Source of the DNA: Psammoneis japonica
Taxonomy: Eukaryota
NCBI GenBank assembly: GCA_008632985.1
Contig: QPGO01000017.1
Location: forward strand, 682,001 to 746,000
DNA: 64,000 nt
Direction: 5' to 3'
The notes under the pieces were generated by a model. That model was not told where the DNA came from. It ran no database searches and worked only from the letters and a program-made list of their open reading frames with translations. Numbering within the stretch: position 1 is the first letter of the stretch; each line of letters starts with the position of its first letter. Below, one piece after another: positions 34,719-47,916 of this stretch. The position numbers were made by a program, and so were the translations under genes.

Positions 34719-37700
34719 GATTGACAGTCTTGCTCATTGTCAACCCATTGAGCAACCGCCATCATCGTCGTTGATTTACCGACGACGCCATTTCAATTCT
34801 GCGTGGACCTCCGTGTGTGTTCTACGTGCATCGGCAAGTCTGCGCGCATTCAATGCCAGGGCATCGGCAGGAATTTAACGTCACCGTCAAGTCTCCTTGC
34901 CGCTGGACATCTGGATTGATCACACTGCCTTTGATCGCTGAAGACATGCATCAACGGTCATGTCCAAGTCTGTCCTTGATCCTCATCCCTTGATGTGCCC
35001 ATTCATCGGTTAACGGTCAAGAACCCTGCATGTTCAAGGATCTCCGTCGCTGAAGACACACACACATGCATGTCTTCACGGCCAAGGACTTGAACCCACT
35101 CTTTGGACTGCGGCTTTGCTGCCACTCTACAAGCACGCCGAGTCTGTTGCACCTGATCTACCCCGGACCACTGGTGCTCTGCAGTTCCACTGGGTCCACG
35201 AGGACGACTGTGAGAGCAAGCAGCGTTTGTTCGTTCGTCCACAGCGCCTGGCGCCCACGTCAACTGGCCAGCCTGATCGGGAAATCCAACCGACATAAAA
35301 TGAGAACGGTTCGGGGGTCTTGTCCACCTCTGGTCAGCTCACCTGCAGGGCTTACAACCCGCTGCTCCACTCGCAAGCAACCCAAAGCGCCGCTGGCTGC
35401 GGGTTCGGACGTGCCGGCACAACTCTACGGACCGGATAGGAAGTTTAGCACTTGACAACGAACGGGACAGCAAAGCCCGGCGACTTCTGATTTTAAGGCA
35501 GTTCAAGATTTCAAGTCAAGTCTGTTTCAAGTCAAGTCTGTTCTCACCCAAGCTTCAAGTCTGCCTTCGCTTCCCAACAAGAATTGCTTGTCCTGACACC
35601 ACTTTTGTCTGCCATGGTTCTCACTCGTCAGCAACAAACCGATGGTTTCGAGCACGTTGTTGGGACCGTGCTTGCCCAAGGTGCTGGGAGCCCTCTTCGT
35701 TTGGCTTTGGCTCAAGACGGCACGGACTCGCATCAAGAACTGTTCACGTTCATGCCGTCCCAAATCGACTCGCTTGAGTGCGACAACGGCACTGATGTGA
35801 TCCCTTTGCCCCGCGGTTATAAGAACATGTTGGCAGCTCCAGCCAGTCTGTGCATTGTCAAAGCACACGAAGGTCTTGACGTTGCCAATGACTCCTCGTT
35901 GTTCATGCATGACGAGTTCCTTGCCTGCCGCCTCAGCCCGACTGCATGTCTTCTGTGTCCATCGGCAGCTCACCCCTCGCACCTCCGCATGTCACCAACC
36001 CGACCAAGGCACGCGACCCGGCACGGGACTTCAAGCGAGGCATCAAGCGTGATCCCACCGCTTTCACGGCTCTCAAATCCGACAAGCAGTGGCACACTTG
36101 GCACACCTCACTTGTGGCACAAGCCCGTGCCCAAGACGTCAAGTGCATTCTAGACTCGTCGTACAAACCGACCAGCCCCGAAGACAAACTGCTCTTTGCT
36201 GAACAGCAAAAGCACATGTTCGCCGTCTTCGAACGCATCCTTCTCACCGACAAGGGCAAGGCTCTCATCCGCGAAAATGTGGGGTCTTCCGACGCCCAGA
36301 CCGTCTGCCGCGCCTTGTCTGAGCATGCGCTTGCCTCCACCCGTGCATCTGTCGAGTCCTCCACCTTGCTCACGCACCCCACCACCGCACATCTTGGTGA
36401 TGGCACTTGGAAAGGTCCGACCCACGGGTTCATCCTTCATTGGCAAGATCAGTTGCACAAGTGCGAGGCACTCATCCCGGCCAGTGACCACTTCTCTGAA
36501 GGACAGAAGTGCGTCATGCTCGAGAATGCCGCACACCCTGTCGAGGAACTCTGTGCTGTCAAGAACCAAGCTGATCAGCATCGTGCGCAGAGTGGCAAGA
36601 GCCTCACATGCGATCAACACTGTGGCTTGCTCCTCTCCGCGGCAGCTCAATGCGACGGTGCGTTTCAACCCAAGACGACACCTTGAGCTCCCTGATGTGC
36701 CATGTGCGCACACGATGTCTGCTCCGACGAACCGTCCGATGATGTGTTCTGTGACATCGACAGTGACATTGACGTCCTTCAGGCTGATGCTGCCTGCACC
36801 CGTGGTCCCAGCCTCACCGGTGACCAATGGAAACGTCTCCCTCCCGACCACCAACGGATTTGGGATTCGTTGCCCCATTCCTCCAAGGCGATCATCCTTG
36901 AGCATTCTTGTCCGCCTCCCCGCAACCCACGAGCCAGCAACTGCCATGAGTCCATTACGGCCAACCTTCACGACCAATGCCTTGGGAGTGACGGTGATGT
37001 CAACTTGTCCAACACGACTCCTGCTGACTCTGGTGAACCCGCTCCAAATGTGGGTGCCACTTCAGATGATCCCATCCTGGCGCACCTCACCAAGTGCAAG
37101 CCACTGCCACCCGGTGATCTGCAACGCCTGTTGTCTCCTAACCAAGCCCCCAACGCTGGTCGACCGGGGCCATCCGACGCTCCCTCTGCTCCGCCAGCTC
37201 CCACCGATGACATGGAACTTAACGGCCGCACTTGCCGCAGCGTTGATGACCACAATGTCATTTGCTCTGCCTCTGCTCATCGCTCCACACACACTGGCGC
37301 TCTAGTCGATCGTGGGGCCAACGGCGGCATTGCTGGCGACGACGTTCACGTCATTGCACGCACCTCTCGCCAAGTCGACGTTCAGGGCATTGACGACCAC
37401 CAATTGGTGGACATCCCCATTGTCACCGCTGGTGCCGTCATTGAGACCCAGCATGGTCCCGTCATCGCCATCCTCCATCAGTGTGCATGCACAGGCAAGG
37501 GCAAGACCATCCATTCCTGCGGCCAGCTCGAATGGCACAAACAGGATGTCAACGATCGCTCTGTCAAGGTGCCCAACGGCTTGCAACGCATTGCCACTCC
37601 TGATGGCCATGTCATCCCCATTGACATCAAGGGTGGCCTGCCTCATGTTGCCATGCGGCCTTGCACTGACGCTGAATGGGACACCCTGCCCCATGTCATC

Positions 37701-40700
37701 CTCACCGGTGATGACACATGGGATCCTTCCGTCCTCGATCACTCTGTCACTGACGATGACCAGTGGTGCGACGCGATCTCTGACCTGCAGGACGATCCCA
37801 CTGCCAACCCATTTGACGAGTGCGGCAACTGCCGTCATCATGTCGTTGTCAATGAGACCATCATGTCTGCTTCCTTGTCTACCGATCACGCGTCCGCCCT
37901 CGATGATCATCTCATTCCGAACGATGATGTGTTCTGCGAGTGTCATCTACACGCGATTGACCCCAAGGACGACGACGTTCCGCCCCCGGAGCACACTGTG
38001 CAGCCCAAGGACCCCCCCTTCGAGTCTCTTCGGCCCCACTTTGGCTTCCTGCCTGCCGACACGGTCCGTCGCACTTTTGACTGCACCACGCAGTGCGCCC
38101 GCATGCCCGCCGGCACACACCTTAGGAAGGCCTGCAAATCACCCAACCCCACCCTCAATGTGCACCGCCGCAATGAGCCCATCGCCACTGACACCATTTG
38201 TGCCGACACCCCGGCCGTCGACTCTGGTTGCACCAGCGCCCAACTGTTTGTTGGCACCGAGTCTACCGTCACTGACGTCTGCGGCACCAAGACGGACAAA
38301 GAGTTTGTCAACACACTCGAGGATCAGATCCGGGAGCGTGGTGCCCCATCCAAACTCATTGGCGACCGTGCTCAGGTTGAGATCAGCAACAAAGTGCTCG
38401 GGATCCTACGAGCCCTCTTCATCTCCAGCTGGCAAAGTGAGCCTCACCAGCAACACCAAAACTTTGCCGAGCGTCGACACCAGACCGTGAAGCACATGGC
38501 AAACACTGTCATGGATCGTTTTGGCTCGCCCGCCCACACATGGCTGCTGGCGCTCATGCATGTGTGCTTCACACTCAACCACACAGCGTCCCCACGTCTC
38601 CACTGGCACACGCCCCTCGAGACTCTCACTGGCTCCACCCCGGACATCAGCCCATTGCTTCGCTTTCACTGGTGGGAACCCGTGCACTTCCACCTCGATG
38701 ACTCCGATTGGCCGTCCGAATCCCGTGAGTTGCGTGGACGCTTTGTTGGCATTGCTGAGCACGTCGGCCACCAGATGACCTTCAAGATTCTCTCTGACGA
38801 GACTCAGAAGATCCTCTGCCAGTCCAACGTACAGGCCGCCAACCACCGATCCTGCCGTTCGAAACCTGCGTCTTGATCCTCCTGATGGGGAGCCACCTGA
38901 ACCCATCATCAAATCTCGCCATGACGACAACCCTGTCGATTCTCCTGATGGGGAGATCAGGACACCCAAGATGCCAGTTTTCGATCCGCAAGACATCATC
39001 GGATGCACCTTCCTCATGCAGCCACAAGAGGACGGACAACGCCACAGAGCTCACATCGTCAAGGCCGTCGAAGACCACGAATGGAAAGTGAACGGCAATC
39101 CCGAGCTCACCAAGTTCATCTGCTCTGTCAACAACGATGAATACGAGGAAGTCCTTGCCTGCAACGACATCATGAATCACATTGAGCAAGAAGACAAAGA
39201 CACTGCTGTTTGGAAATTTCGATGCATCGTGTCACACGAAGGACCTCTGAAGCCTCACGACCCAACCTGGAAAGGCTCAAGCTACAACATCATGCTTGAA
39301 TGGGAAAGTGGGGAGATCACGTCCGAGCCTCTTGCCATCATTGCCAAGGACGACCCCGTCACCTGCGCCATCTATGCACGAGAGAATGGACTTCTCGACA
39401 CGGATGGCTGGAAGCGGTTCCGCACCATCGCGAGGCGCCAAAAGAAGCCATTTCGCATGGCCAACCAAGCCAAGCTTCGCTCCTTCCGCACTGCACCTCA
39501 CTGCAAGTGCGGATGCAAAGTTCCCCGGAACTGCAAACACGCCATGTCACTAGACGAACGCAACGGCAACCGCAAATGGGGAGACGCAACTAATCTCGAG
39601 ATGGACCAACTCGACGAATACAAAGTCTTCCATGACTGCGGGCCCTTCGAGTCTTCCACTCCTCCTGCGGGACACAAGAAGATCCGAGTGCACCCAGTGT
39701 GCGACGTGAAACACGACAGTTGCCACAAGGCACGACTCGTAGCCGATGGGCACCTCACGGACGTGCCTGTCGACAGTGTCTGCTCCGGAGCAGTCTCCCT
39801 CCGTGGCCTTCGGCTGATGATTTTCCTGGCCAAACTCAACGAGTTGGAGACATGGGCCACCGACATTGGCAATGCCCACCTTGAAGCCACCACCAAGGAG
39901 AAGCTGTGTGCATTGCAGCCGGACCCGAATTTGGCAAACTCGAAGGACACATCCTTGTCATCCACAAGGCCCTGCATGGACTGCGCAGCTCCGGTCTCCG
40001 CTGGCACGAGCGCTTCACCGACTGCCTGCGAGCTGAAGGCTTCTTCCCCTGCCGCACCGAACCCGACATTTGGATGTGCAGGAACGGCAACCACCATGAA
40101 TGCATTGCCGTTTATGTGGATGACCTCGCCATTGCTGTGAAGGACCCTCAATCTTTCATCGACACTCTCACGGAAAAGTGCAAGTTCAAGCTCAAGGGCG
40201 CGGGACCCATTGAGTTCCATCTGGGTTGCGACTTTTCCCGAGATCCCGACGGCACTTTGTGCCTGTCTCCGCGCAAGTAAAATCGAGCGCATGGTTGACA
40301 GCTGCACCCAACTGTTTGGGGAGAAACCCACCACCAACGCCCTGTCACCTCTGGAGAAGGGTGACCACCCCGAACTGGACACTTCCGAACTGCTGGAGCC
40401 CGATGGCATTCACAAGTTCCAGTCCCTTGTTGGTTCACTCCAATGGGCAGTGTCTCTTGGTCGAATTGACATTGCCACAGCCATCATGTCACTCTCTAGC
40501 TTCCGAGCTGTGCCCCGTCAAGGTCACTTGGATCGTGCCAAACGCGTCTGTGGGCACCTCTCCAAGATGCGACACGGCACTCTCCGCGTTCGAACGGAAG
40601 AGCCCGACCATTCGGATCTCCCTGCTCCGGCCCATGAATGGATGCATTCCAAGCACGGCGAAGCAGAAGAGATGATCCCGAAGGATGCTCCACCGCCCCT

Positions 40701-41233
40701 TGGCAAGTTCGTCACTGCCACCCACTGTGTCGATGCAAACTTGCACCATTGCATGCTCACCGGATGCTCTGTCATGGGAATGCTCCACTTCCTCAACAAA
40801 TTTCTGGCTGATTGGTTCTCTAAGAAGCAAGCCACCGTGGAGACTGCGACCTGTGGGTCTGAATTTGTTGCTGCAAGGACTTGTGTCGAGCAGATTGTCG
40901 ACCTGCGCATCACCCTGCGCTGCCTCGGCGTCCCGATCCGTAATGTCAGTTGCATGTTTGGTGACAACAAGTCGGTTGTAGACAGTGCCACCATCCCGCA
41001 CTCCAAGTTGCACAAGCGACACACTGCACTGTCGTTCCACCGTGTGCGTGAGGCAATTGCCTCTGGTCACCTTGAGTTCCACTTCATCGAAGGCTCCCGC
41101 AATCCTGCTGACATTCTCAGCAAGCATTGGGGTCACTCCCAAATCTGGGACCTTCTCCGCCCCCTCATGTTCTGGAACTTCATTCCATCCGAAGCAGAAT
41201 CTGTTTCTGTGACTCCTCAAGCAAACTGGGGAG

Positions 41234-41509
41234 TGACAGGATTTGAACAGGATTTGGGTGCGCGCGAAATGTCGCGCGCTGTTTAGTTTGCCGCGCACAG
41301 TTTTGTGTGCTTTAGTTCCGTGCGTTCGCGCGCGATGCAGTTTGCTTTCGAGCCACAAGGCTCACAAGAACAACAACAGTGGCCCGATCATGCCGACTCA
41401 CACGTCTTTCGGCTCCTGTGACGGTCTCTGAGTGGAGACTCATTTGCTGTTTAGACAGCAGCAAGGAGTTGTTGTTTGAATTCTTGCCATTTGCCTTCAA
41501 TTTCTGTCA
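41234..41509 (+). repeat. 3' LTR (276 bp)
   Basis: TG...CA ends, preceded by the PPT and followed by the TSD. Confidence 0.93.
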
Positions 41510-42119
41510 TTTTCTGTGGCAAACCCAGGTTTGTTCCATGGCATTTCCTGATTTTCCACTCACATCATGGGCTCTGTTTTTGAGGGAGACATGTTGATGA
41601 GTCACAGCAAGAGACATTTTACAGCAGCATGGACCCTCATTTGCAATCCAGCTGTTCAGACATGATCACACAGCAAAAACAGCGACATTGTGCAACAACT
41701 GGTTTGGGAATTTCTCCCACACAGTGGTGGCTGCTTGCCAACTTTCCTCTGCCCTCTGTCCACAGGTCTGCACCTTGTTCCTCTGCTGTTGTGCTCTTTT
41801 CCTGACCCCAACCCTGATTCCTTTTTGCCTCTGCTTGCCCTTTTTCAACCAACACACCAGCAAAAAGGTGTTCTTGACTGACAACTTCACAGAACTCCTC
41901 CCTTGTCCACTTTTTGTCTTGGTTTTCATGGTCTTTCCATGCCTTTGCCATGGCAGCCAAGCCCCACTTGCATCTCTTTAATCTAAAATTTCAGTTTGGC
42001 ATTGGCTGGCTCTTGCTTTGCCCACTGCCTGCTGCGGTGGTTGGCACACCAGCTGTCAGTCATTGCCCTGTCCTTGGCGACTTGAGTTCCAGACTTAGGT
42101 GGCGCGCACATGCCCCTTT

Positions 42120-42920
42120 TCGCAGAAAAAATAATTTTTTAATGCTTTATCGAACACCGTACATATTTAGTAAAATTGATCATATGAATGGCTTATAAGT
42201 AAAATAAACAGAATAAACTCGAACAAACAAACAGCCAAACCGGCCATGGCTTTCAGTGACCATGACGGCCCACTTTTTTCAGCCTTATGGAAAATTGAAT
42301 GTCATGACCAGGATCTCCGTATTTGATATAGTCTGTGTCATCAACAACAATAGTGAAAATGCTTGTTGAAGGCTGCAGCGCGGCACAATAATGCTAAATC
42401 TGTCAGCAACAACAATTGAGCCTCTATTCACTCACAATTTGCCTCTAAGGACCATTTATTTTCTATTACCATGTATATTTCCTCAATATATTCGACTGAT
42501 TCAAGTGTATCAATCGTTTATGCCTTTTAAACCGTGAAAAATGGTCCGAAGTCGACGCCATTGCGTGGGCTGAGCTACACTTCTTCTCACGTCGTCCTAA
42601 ACGTATTAATCAACGAATGCTTTATTCGATCCGTTGAGTGTAACTCGTATTCGCGTATAAAAACAAAATATTAATTATGCTATGTTAAAGACTTAATTTA
42701 TATATATTAATAATATTTTATATGTTTCTTGTTACATTAAGGCACACATAAATCGCTCATCGGAAAATTCGAGCTCTCAACTTACGGCACAATTTAGCGA
42801 CTAACAACTGAGTCCATCAACAGTTTCGAATACATGGCTGGGTACACGCACAAGACAATTCTGTATGTACCCATAACAACACATTTGTAAATTGTTATGT
42901 TTTTACTGTCGAAAATGGTG
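42120..42920. other. AT-rich, TpA-retaining non-coding island inside hypermutated DNA
   Basis: For example tttatatatattaataatattttatatg (~42697-42724); no ORF >=60 aa in 42200-42920. Confidence 0.75.
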
Positions 42921-45900
42921 CCGCAAGTGTGGACCGCGCGTTTCATGCAAAAAGGGTCATTTTTTCGCGCGTGAGTGCACCTGAGTCTGGAACAAGTCTG
43001 GCACTTGTCTTGTCCTCAATGCACTCTGTCTTGTTCTTCTTTTTGGTTTGGCCAACTCTCAAGAAAGACAGTGCAAGGAGGGGTCAGCACACTTCACCTG
43101 ACAGGGGCCTGTGAAGATGAAGAAAAGTTTGCAGCACCTCAAGAGAATCTGCTGTCTTTCGTGGCAGGCAGCGGCACACTGACGACAGAGTTGCAAGAGT
43201 TTTCCAGTTGCAAGAGGTTTCGGTGTTCTGTGCCGCTGGCAAAACTTGCCAGCTGCTCCCCCTCCTCACTGACACAATCTGAGGATGAGCCCTTGTGAGT
43301 GTGGCTTGCAGAGTTGGTGTGCAACAGCTGTGGTTGCTGTGCTGCTGGTGGGCATGTGTTTCTCGCTTGTTGCTCTGTCACTGTCAGAGTCAAACCATGC
43401 AAGGACAGGAGGCCCAATGAAAAATGATGAAGAGCAACACATGATGGTGTGCACTGCTTTTCTTGTGCAGTGGCAGAACAGAAAGAGCTGCTGTTCTGCA
43501 CAACCCTGCAGCTGAATGCCCAGAGCTGGCTTTCTGGCATGACTCCACCCAGCTGATTGCACCGCCTTTTGGAAGCTTCTTCACTCACACAGTGGTGCAT
43601 GGAAATCTGTCCCTCTGCATTCTGACTTTGCTGCAAAATGCACACAGCCGGCTTCCATGCCCCAGAGCAAGACAACGTCATTTCTTGCCAACAGAGGGCA
43701 GACAGGATCCTCTTGCAGTTCTTGCCCACCAATGGCTGTGCAACAAATTGTCTTGGGATGGACAAACACACACACTGTTTGTTTTCAACTTCTTGTGTCA
43801 TTCTTGTCTCACTCCTCTTGCTTTCAGTGTTTTTTTTTGCCCTTTCTCTGTCATGTCTGGCTCACACTGGTCTTGCTGTTTAAATGAGTGCTGGTGCACA
43901 GTGCTGCACACTGGTGCACATGGCTCCAACCTGAGTGTGGCTTGCAACTGCGCCTCCTGGCAGCTTGTCCTCCAGCAGATGGGCATGCTGCAAGCTCACA
44001 GCCCCCACTCTTTTCCACACCCCCGTCTCTCCAACTGCACCATCTTTTGCCCCACAAAGTGCAGACCAGCCACTTCTGATGATGAGGGCCTCCAAAATGA
44101 AATTCAAGATGAGGAAGATGTGAAGTCCTTTTGTTGGGATGCAAGGATGATGATCAACACAGTGCAAGGGCATGCACTCTCCTTGGCTCAAGTTGCCTCA
44201 CCTCTCCTGCACTGCCACTTGCCAAGCCTGCTTCAGCACCAGTGGTTTCTGTGCCTCAGCTTCTGAGCCTGAGAGAAGATGGTGCAGATGAAGACAAAGA
44301 AAAAGGAGTCGGCACCTCCCCAGAGGATCATGCAGCCAGCAGGACAGAAGCAGAAGAACAACAAGCTTGGTTTCCTCTGCACATGCCAGACACTCCTTTA
44401 ACTCCAAGGGCTGGTTGCTTGATGGAGCCATGTCCCCCCTCCTGTGGGGTGCACTGTGCAAAAGCCGCAGACACACAGCAGATGACAAGAAAGCACAACC
44501 TTTTTTGTCTCTGGCAGCTCTGTGCTGACAGAGTCAGAGCAGCAAAAAGCACTTGTTCTGGTCAACTCATGACTGGTCCAGTGCTGCTGCTCACCCCAAT
44601 GCACTCTGCATCATTTGCTGGTGCTGGCAGAAAAGAGTGTTCACAAAGAAACATTTCAAGACCAGCTCTTCCCCATTGCCACTCTCCAAAAGGTCCCTGT
44701 GTGCCTTGAACATTTTGGAGGTTTTCCCGTGATCTCTCAACCTGGTGGGGAGCATCTGTGCTGTCATTTTGGGTGCAGCTCCCAAGATGCAGTGCGCCTC
44801 CTGACAAACTGTGAAAGCGCACATTGCTTTGAGGTGATGTGTGCACATGACCCTGCCCAGATGGGCTCACATGGCTGGTGTCTGGCTGCCATCTGCTCAT
44901 GGTCTTGAATTGCGGGATGGCCAGCTGCACTCCAACCAGCTGGCCCAGGTCTGTTCAGGCAGAACAGCAAAAGCAGGACACTGTCATTGGCTTTGGTTTT
45001 CATGACAACATGACCTGCTGGGTGACAATCAACAGTCACCAACTCACCCTCAAGCATGTGCAGCTGGGACCCCATCATCTTTCACACAAAAGGCCAGCAA
45101 CTGCCATGAGTTCTGGTTCATTCTTGGCTGCACTGCAAGTCTCCATGTCTCCTCTGCAGAAGAAGAGAATCTCAGTTTGGAAGGAGCTGGAGCCCCAACA
45201 GGTGTTCAGAGGCTTGCAGTCATTGCTGTTGTGAGAAGTTTTTAGCTGCCATTCTCAGCATGTGCTTTGTTGATGTGATGCACCAGCAGGGCTTCAAGGG
45301 CTTTGTTGGTCTTTGTTGTCAGCCTGCTGTGAAGAGCACAAGGCCTCCACTCCTCTGTGCTTGATTGTTGCTTCTCTTGCAGGCACAAAAGATGTGCTGG
45401 GTGGACCAGGTGTTGGGTGGCCCAACCAGGCATGGCTCACTGTCCCTCATCGTGCGAGTCATGTGCTGCACATTGTGCGCGCATGATGTGGCCAACACAA
45501 GAGACAGCAGAGCCACAAGTGCATGGAGGCAGAGCAGGAGCAAGCACAACAGAATGCTTCACCCACAGACTTCTTGGTGTGCAAGTTTGAAGAGGGCACG
45601 TTGCATGAAGATTTGCAATCCAGGAGAGGTTCTTTGTGTGTGGCTGGGCACATTTGGTGGGTGCTCAGATGTTGACCTCCATCTGCCAATTCTTTTGAAG
45701 AAGAGCTTGCAGACAGAACTCAGAAGAGCTGTTCTCCAGCTGCATGAGAAGAAAACAGCCAACTTGAGACAAAGCAACAGCCGAGGCTGTGCAGAAAAAC
45801 ACGAGCATCAGCCAGCCTGGTGGTGTGCCATCTTCTGGTCTAAAGAGAGGAACAACATTCTGCTCAACTGAGTTGCACTGAAGAAAGATGATTTTTTGGA

Positions 45901-46569
45901 TGAGCATTTTGGCAACTGCCTCATCAAAACAGGTGGGTGGCACCAAGAGAGAGAGGAATGCGCGCGTTGGGTGGTGGTGGAGAGCACTGTGTGATGATCC
46001 CACAAAAAAAAAAGCTCATGCAGCTGGGAGCTTTGCTGCTTTTGTGAGAGGAATCTTTCACTTTAATCAGCTGCTGACTTGGGACAAAGGAGCAAAACAG
46101 TTCATCCAGCTGGCAGCACAGTTGCAGTCCCCTCCCTTTTTTCTCAGCCTCTCTGGCTCCCAAGAAGGGTGCGTCCCAGCTCCTGCGCCACCACAGAGAG
46201 GAGGGCGCACCACAAGCTGCGCAGAGAGAGATCAAACTGTTTGACAGCATGTGCACTTATTACAATCCATTGTCATGACTCTCTGAATCAAATGGCAGGT
46301 GCAATTATCTCGTGTTGTTTCGCTTTGCTTAACCGCCAACATGCACTTGCTGGGGCCCTGGGCCCACGCCTCTGCAATCCAACAAGTTGTTTGTCTGTCT
46401 TCTTGTCAGGCCGTCTGTGGCAGTGTCCGCATTGCTTCCGCGCCTGGTGCCTGGTATCATACGCCCATGCATCATACTGTACGTGAAATCGCAATGTGGA
46501 AATGGGCGATGGCGTTATTGCGCTTCAGCTTCAAACTTGCTGTTCTCTCGATTCCTCTTTTGCAGCGAA

Positions 46570-47916
46570 ATGACGGAGGAAAGCCTAAGGTATTATGAGG
46601 AAAGAACATCGAGTGCTCGTGAAATTGCCCTTTTACGAATACAATCGTTTGAGAAAACACCGTCGTCGTGTGGAATCGCGTCTGAGTTTGTGCCGCTTTT
46701 TCAATCTGCGACAGAGGAGTGGTTCATAGCAATCAAAGATGGAAGCATCAGTCGTGATGCTTTGGTATTCAAAGATGAATTAGCAGAACTAACGGTAAAT
46801 TGGATTGAAAAGATACCAAACGTTGAAACAAGAGTCCTCCTGAGTGTTCTTCGGATACATGCGACGATCTCAAGAATAGACCCAACTCTGGCAGAAGAGC
46901 TTGGGCGAGAGGGCTCTCATGCGATCGTGAAGAGAATTATTCGATGTCCTCCATTGGAAGGTCTTACTGTTAGTGACGATGAAGACAGTATTTTGATGGT
47001 TATTCAAGACGTCGCTTGCGACATCGTCTCCTCTGCGGGTGGATCCTTTCCTCTCAAGTACTCACCCTTCACCAGACACGAGATAGGCATGCGTCTTCCG
47101 CTTGTCTTTGAAATTTCATCCATTTCGAGTAAGAACTACTCTCCAGAGCCTGTATCAAGAGTGCTGATTCATCAAGTAACTACGAGACAGTCTGAGCAAA
47201 AAGACGTTGGTTTCGGTACGTGTAACTGTGAAACTACTTTCTGTGACTTGTTGTATAAGCTGTAGTTTTCAGCGCTTACCGATGTACATTTTTCTTGGTT
47301 GCTGTAAGTCATGTGGCCCTCTGCAGTTGTATTGTCTCGATACATAGCGAGGAATCCATCCTTGGTTGAACAGAAGGTGGTGCTTGAGCTTGGAGCTGGA
47401 TGCGGCCTCGTAGGTCTCCTAGCTGCTGACTTTAGCGCCAAGTCAGTCCTCGTGACAGACTTCAATCAGACTGTTATAGACAATCTAAAACGCAACATTC
47501 TGTTGAATAATGCACAAAATACAGTGGAAGCTGCCGAATTGGATTTCTGCATACAAACTGGAACCAATGTGGATGGGTGGTTGGACAAGCACGGTAATGT
47601 CCAGGAGCAAGTCGATGTGATTTTGGCTGCTGATGTAATTTGTCAGCCACAGGATGCTGTGGCAGTTGCAAATACTATACACGATGCCCTCAAACCTGGA
47701 GGTATTGCTATAGCTGTCAGTGGAACTGCGAAACACCGATATGGTGTCGAACGATTGGAACCTGAAATTGAACGTGCTGGTCTAAAGATTTCCATGACAT
47801 GCAATGTAGCAGATCTTTACAATGGCGAGCTTTTGGATGATGGCATGGAGAAAACTGCAGGATACGTGAAGGGGATGGCAATGAGCATTTTTTGTGTAGA
47901 AAAGCCCCGTTCGTGA
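46570..47916 (+). CDS. Family-16 (METTL21/EFM-like) protein-lysine SAM methyltransferase; intron 47216-47308
   Basis: Spliced DVGFVMWPSAVVLSRY; VLELGAGCGLVG, VLVTDF, RNILLN, DVILAADVIC; GT..AG intron; normal TpA content. Confidence 0.88.

Larger units (their letters stand above)
34481..41509 (+). mobile_element. Full-length Ty1/copia (CoDi-like) LTR retrotransposon with 5-bp TSD TTTTC; pol frameshifted and TpA-mutated
   Basis: LTRs TGACAG...CTGTCA; TSD ttttc at 34476-34480 and 41510-41514; PPT ggggag before 41234; gag from ATG 35614; protease ALVDRGANGG; integrase SEPHQQHQNFAERR; RT KARLVADGH, DIGNAHLEA, KALHGLRSSG, IAVYVDDL; RNase H DWFSKKQATVETATCGSEF, FGDNKSV, NPADILSK. Confidence 0.95.

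Noticed and set aside
34481..41509. Alternative genetic code or ADAR-type RNA editing of the retroelement
   Set aside because: Neighbouring host genes use Tyr normally; changes occur on both strands (A->G and T->C), differ between the LTRs and also affect a DNA element.
43000..46250. Possible decayed gene or transposase
   Set aside because: TA/CpG-depleted, but I could not recognise any motif; left unannotated.
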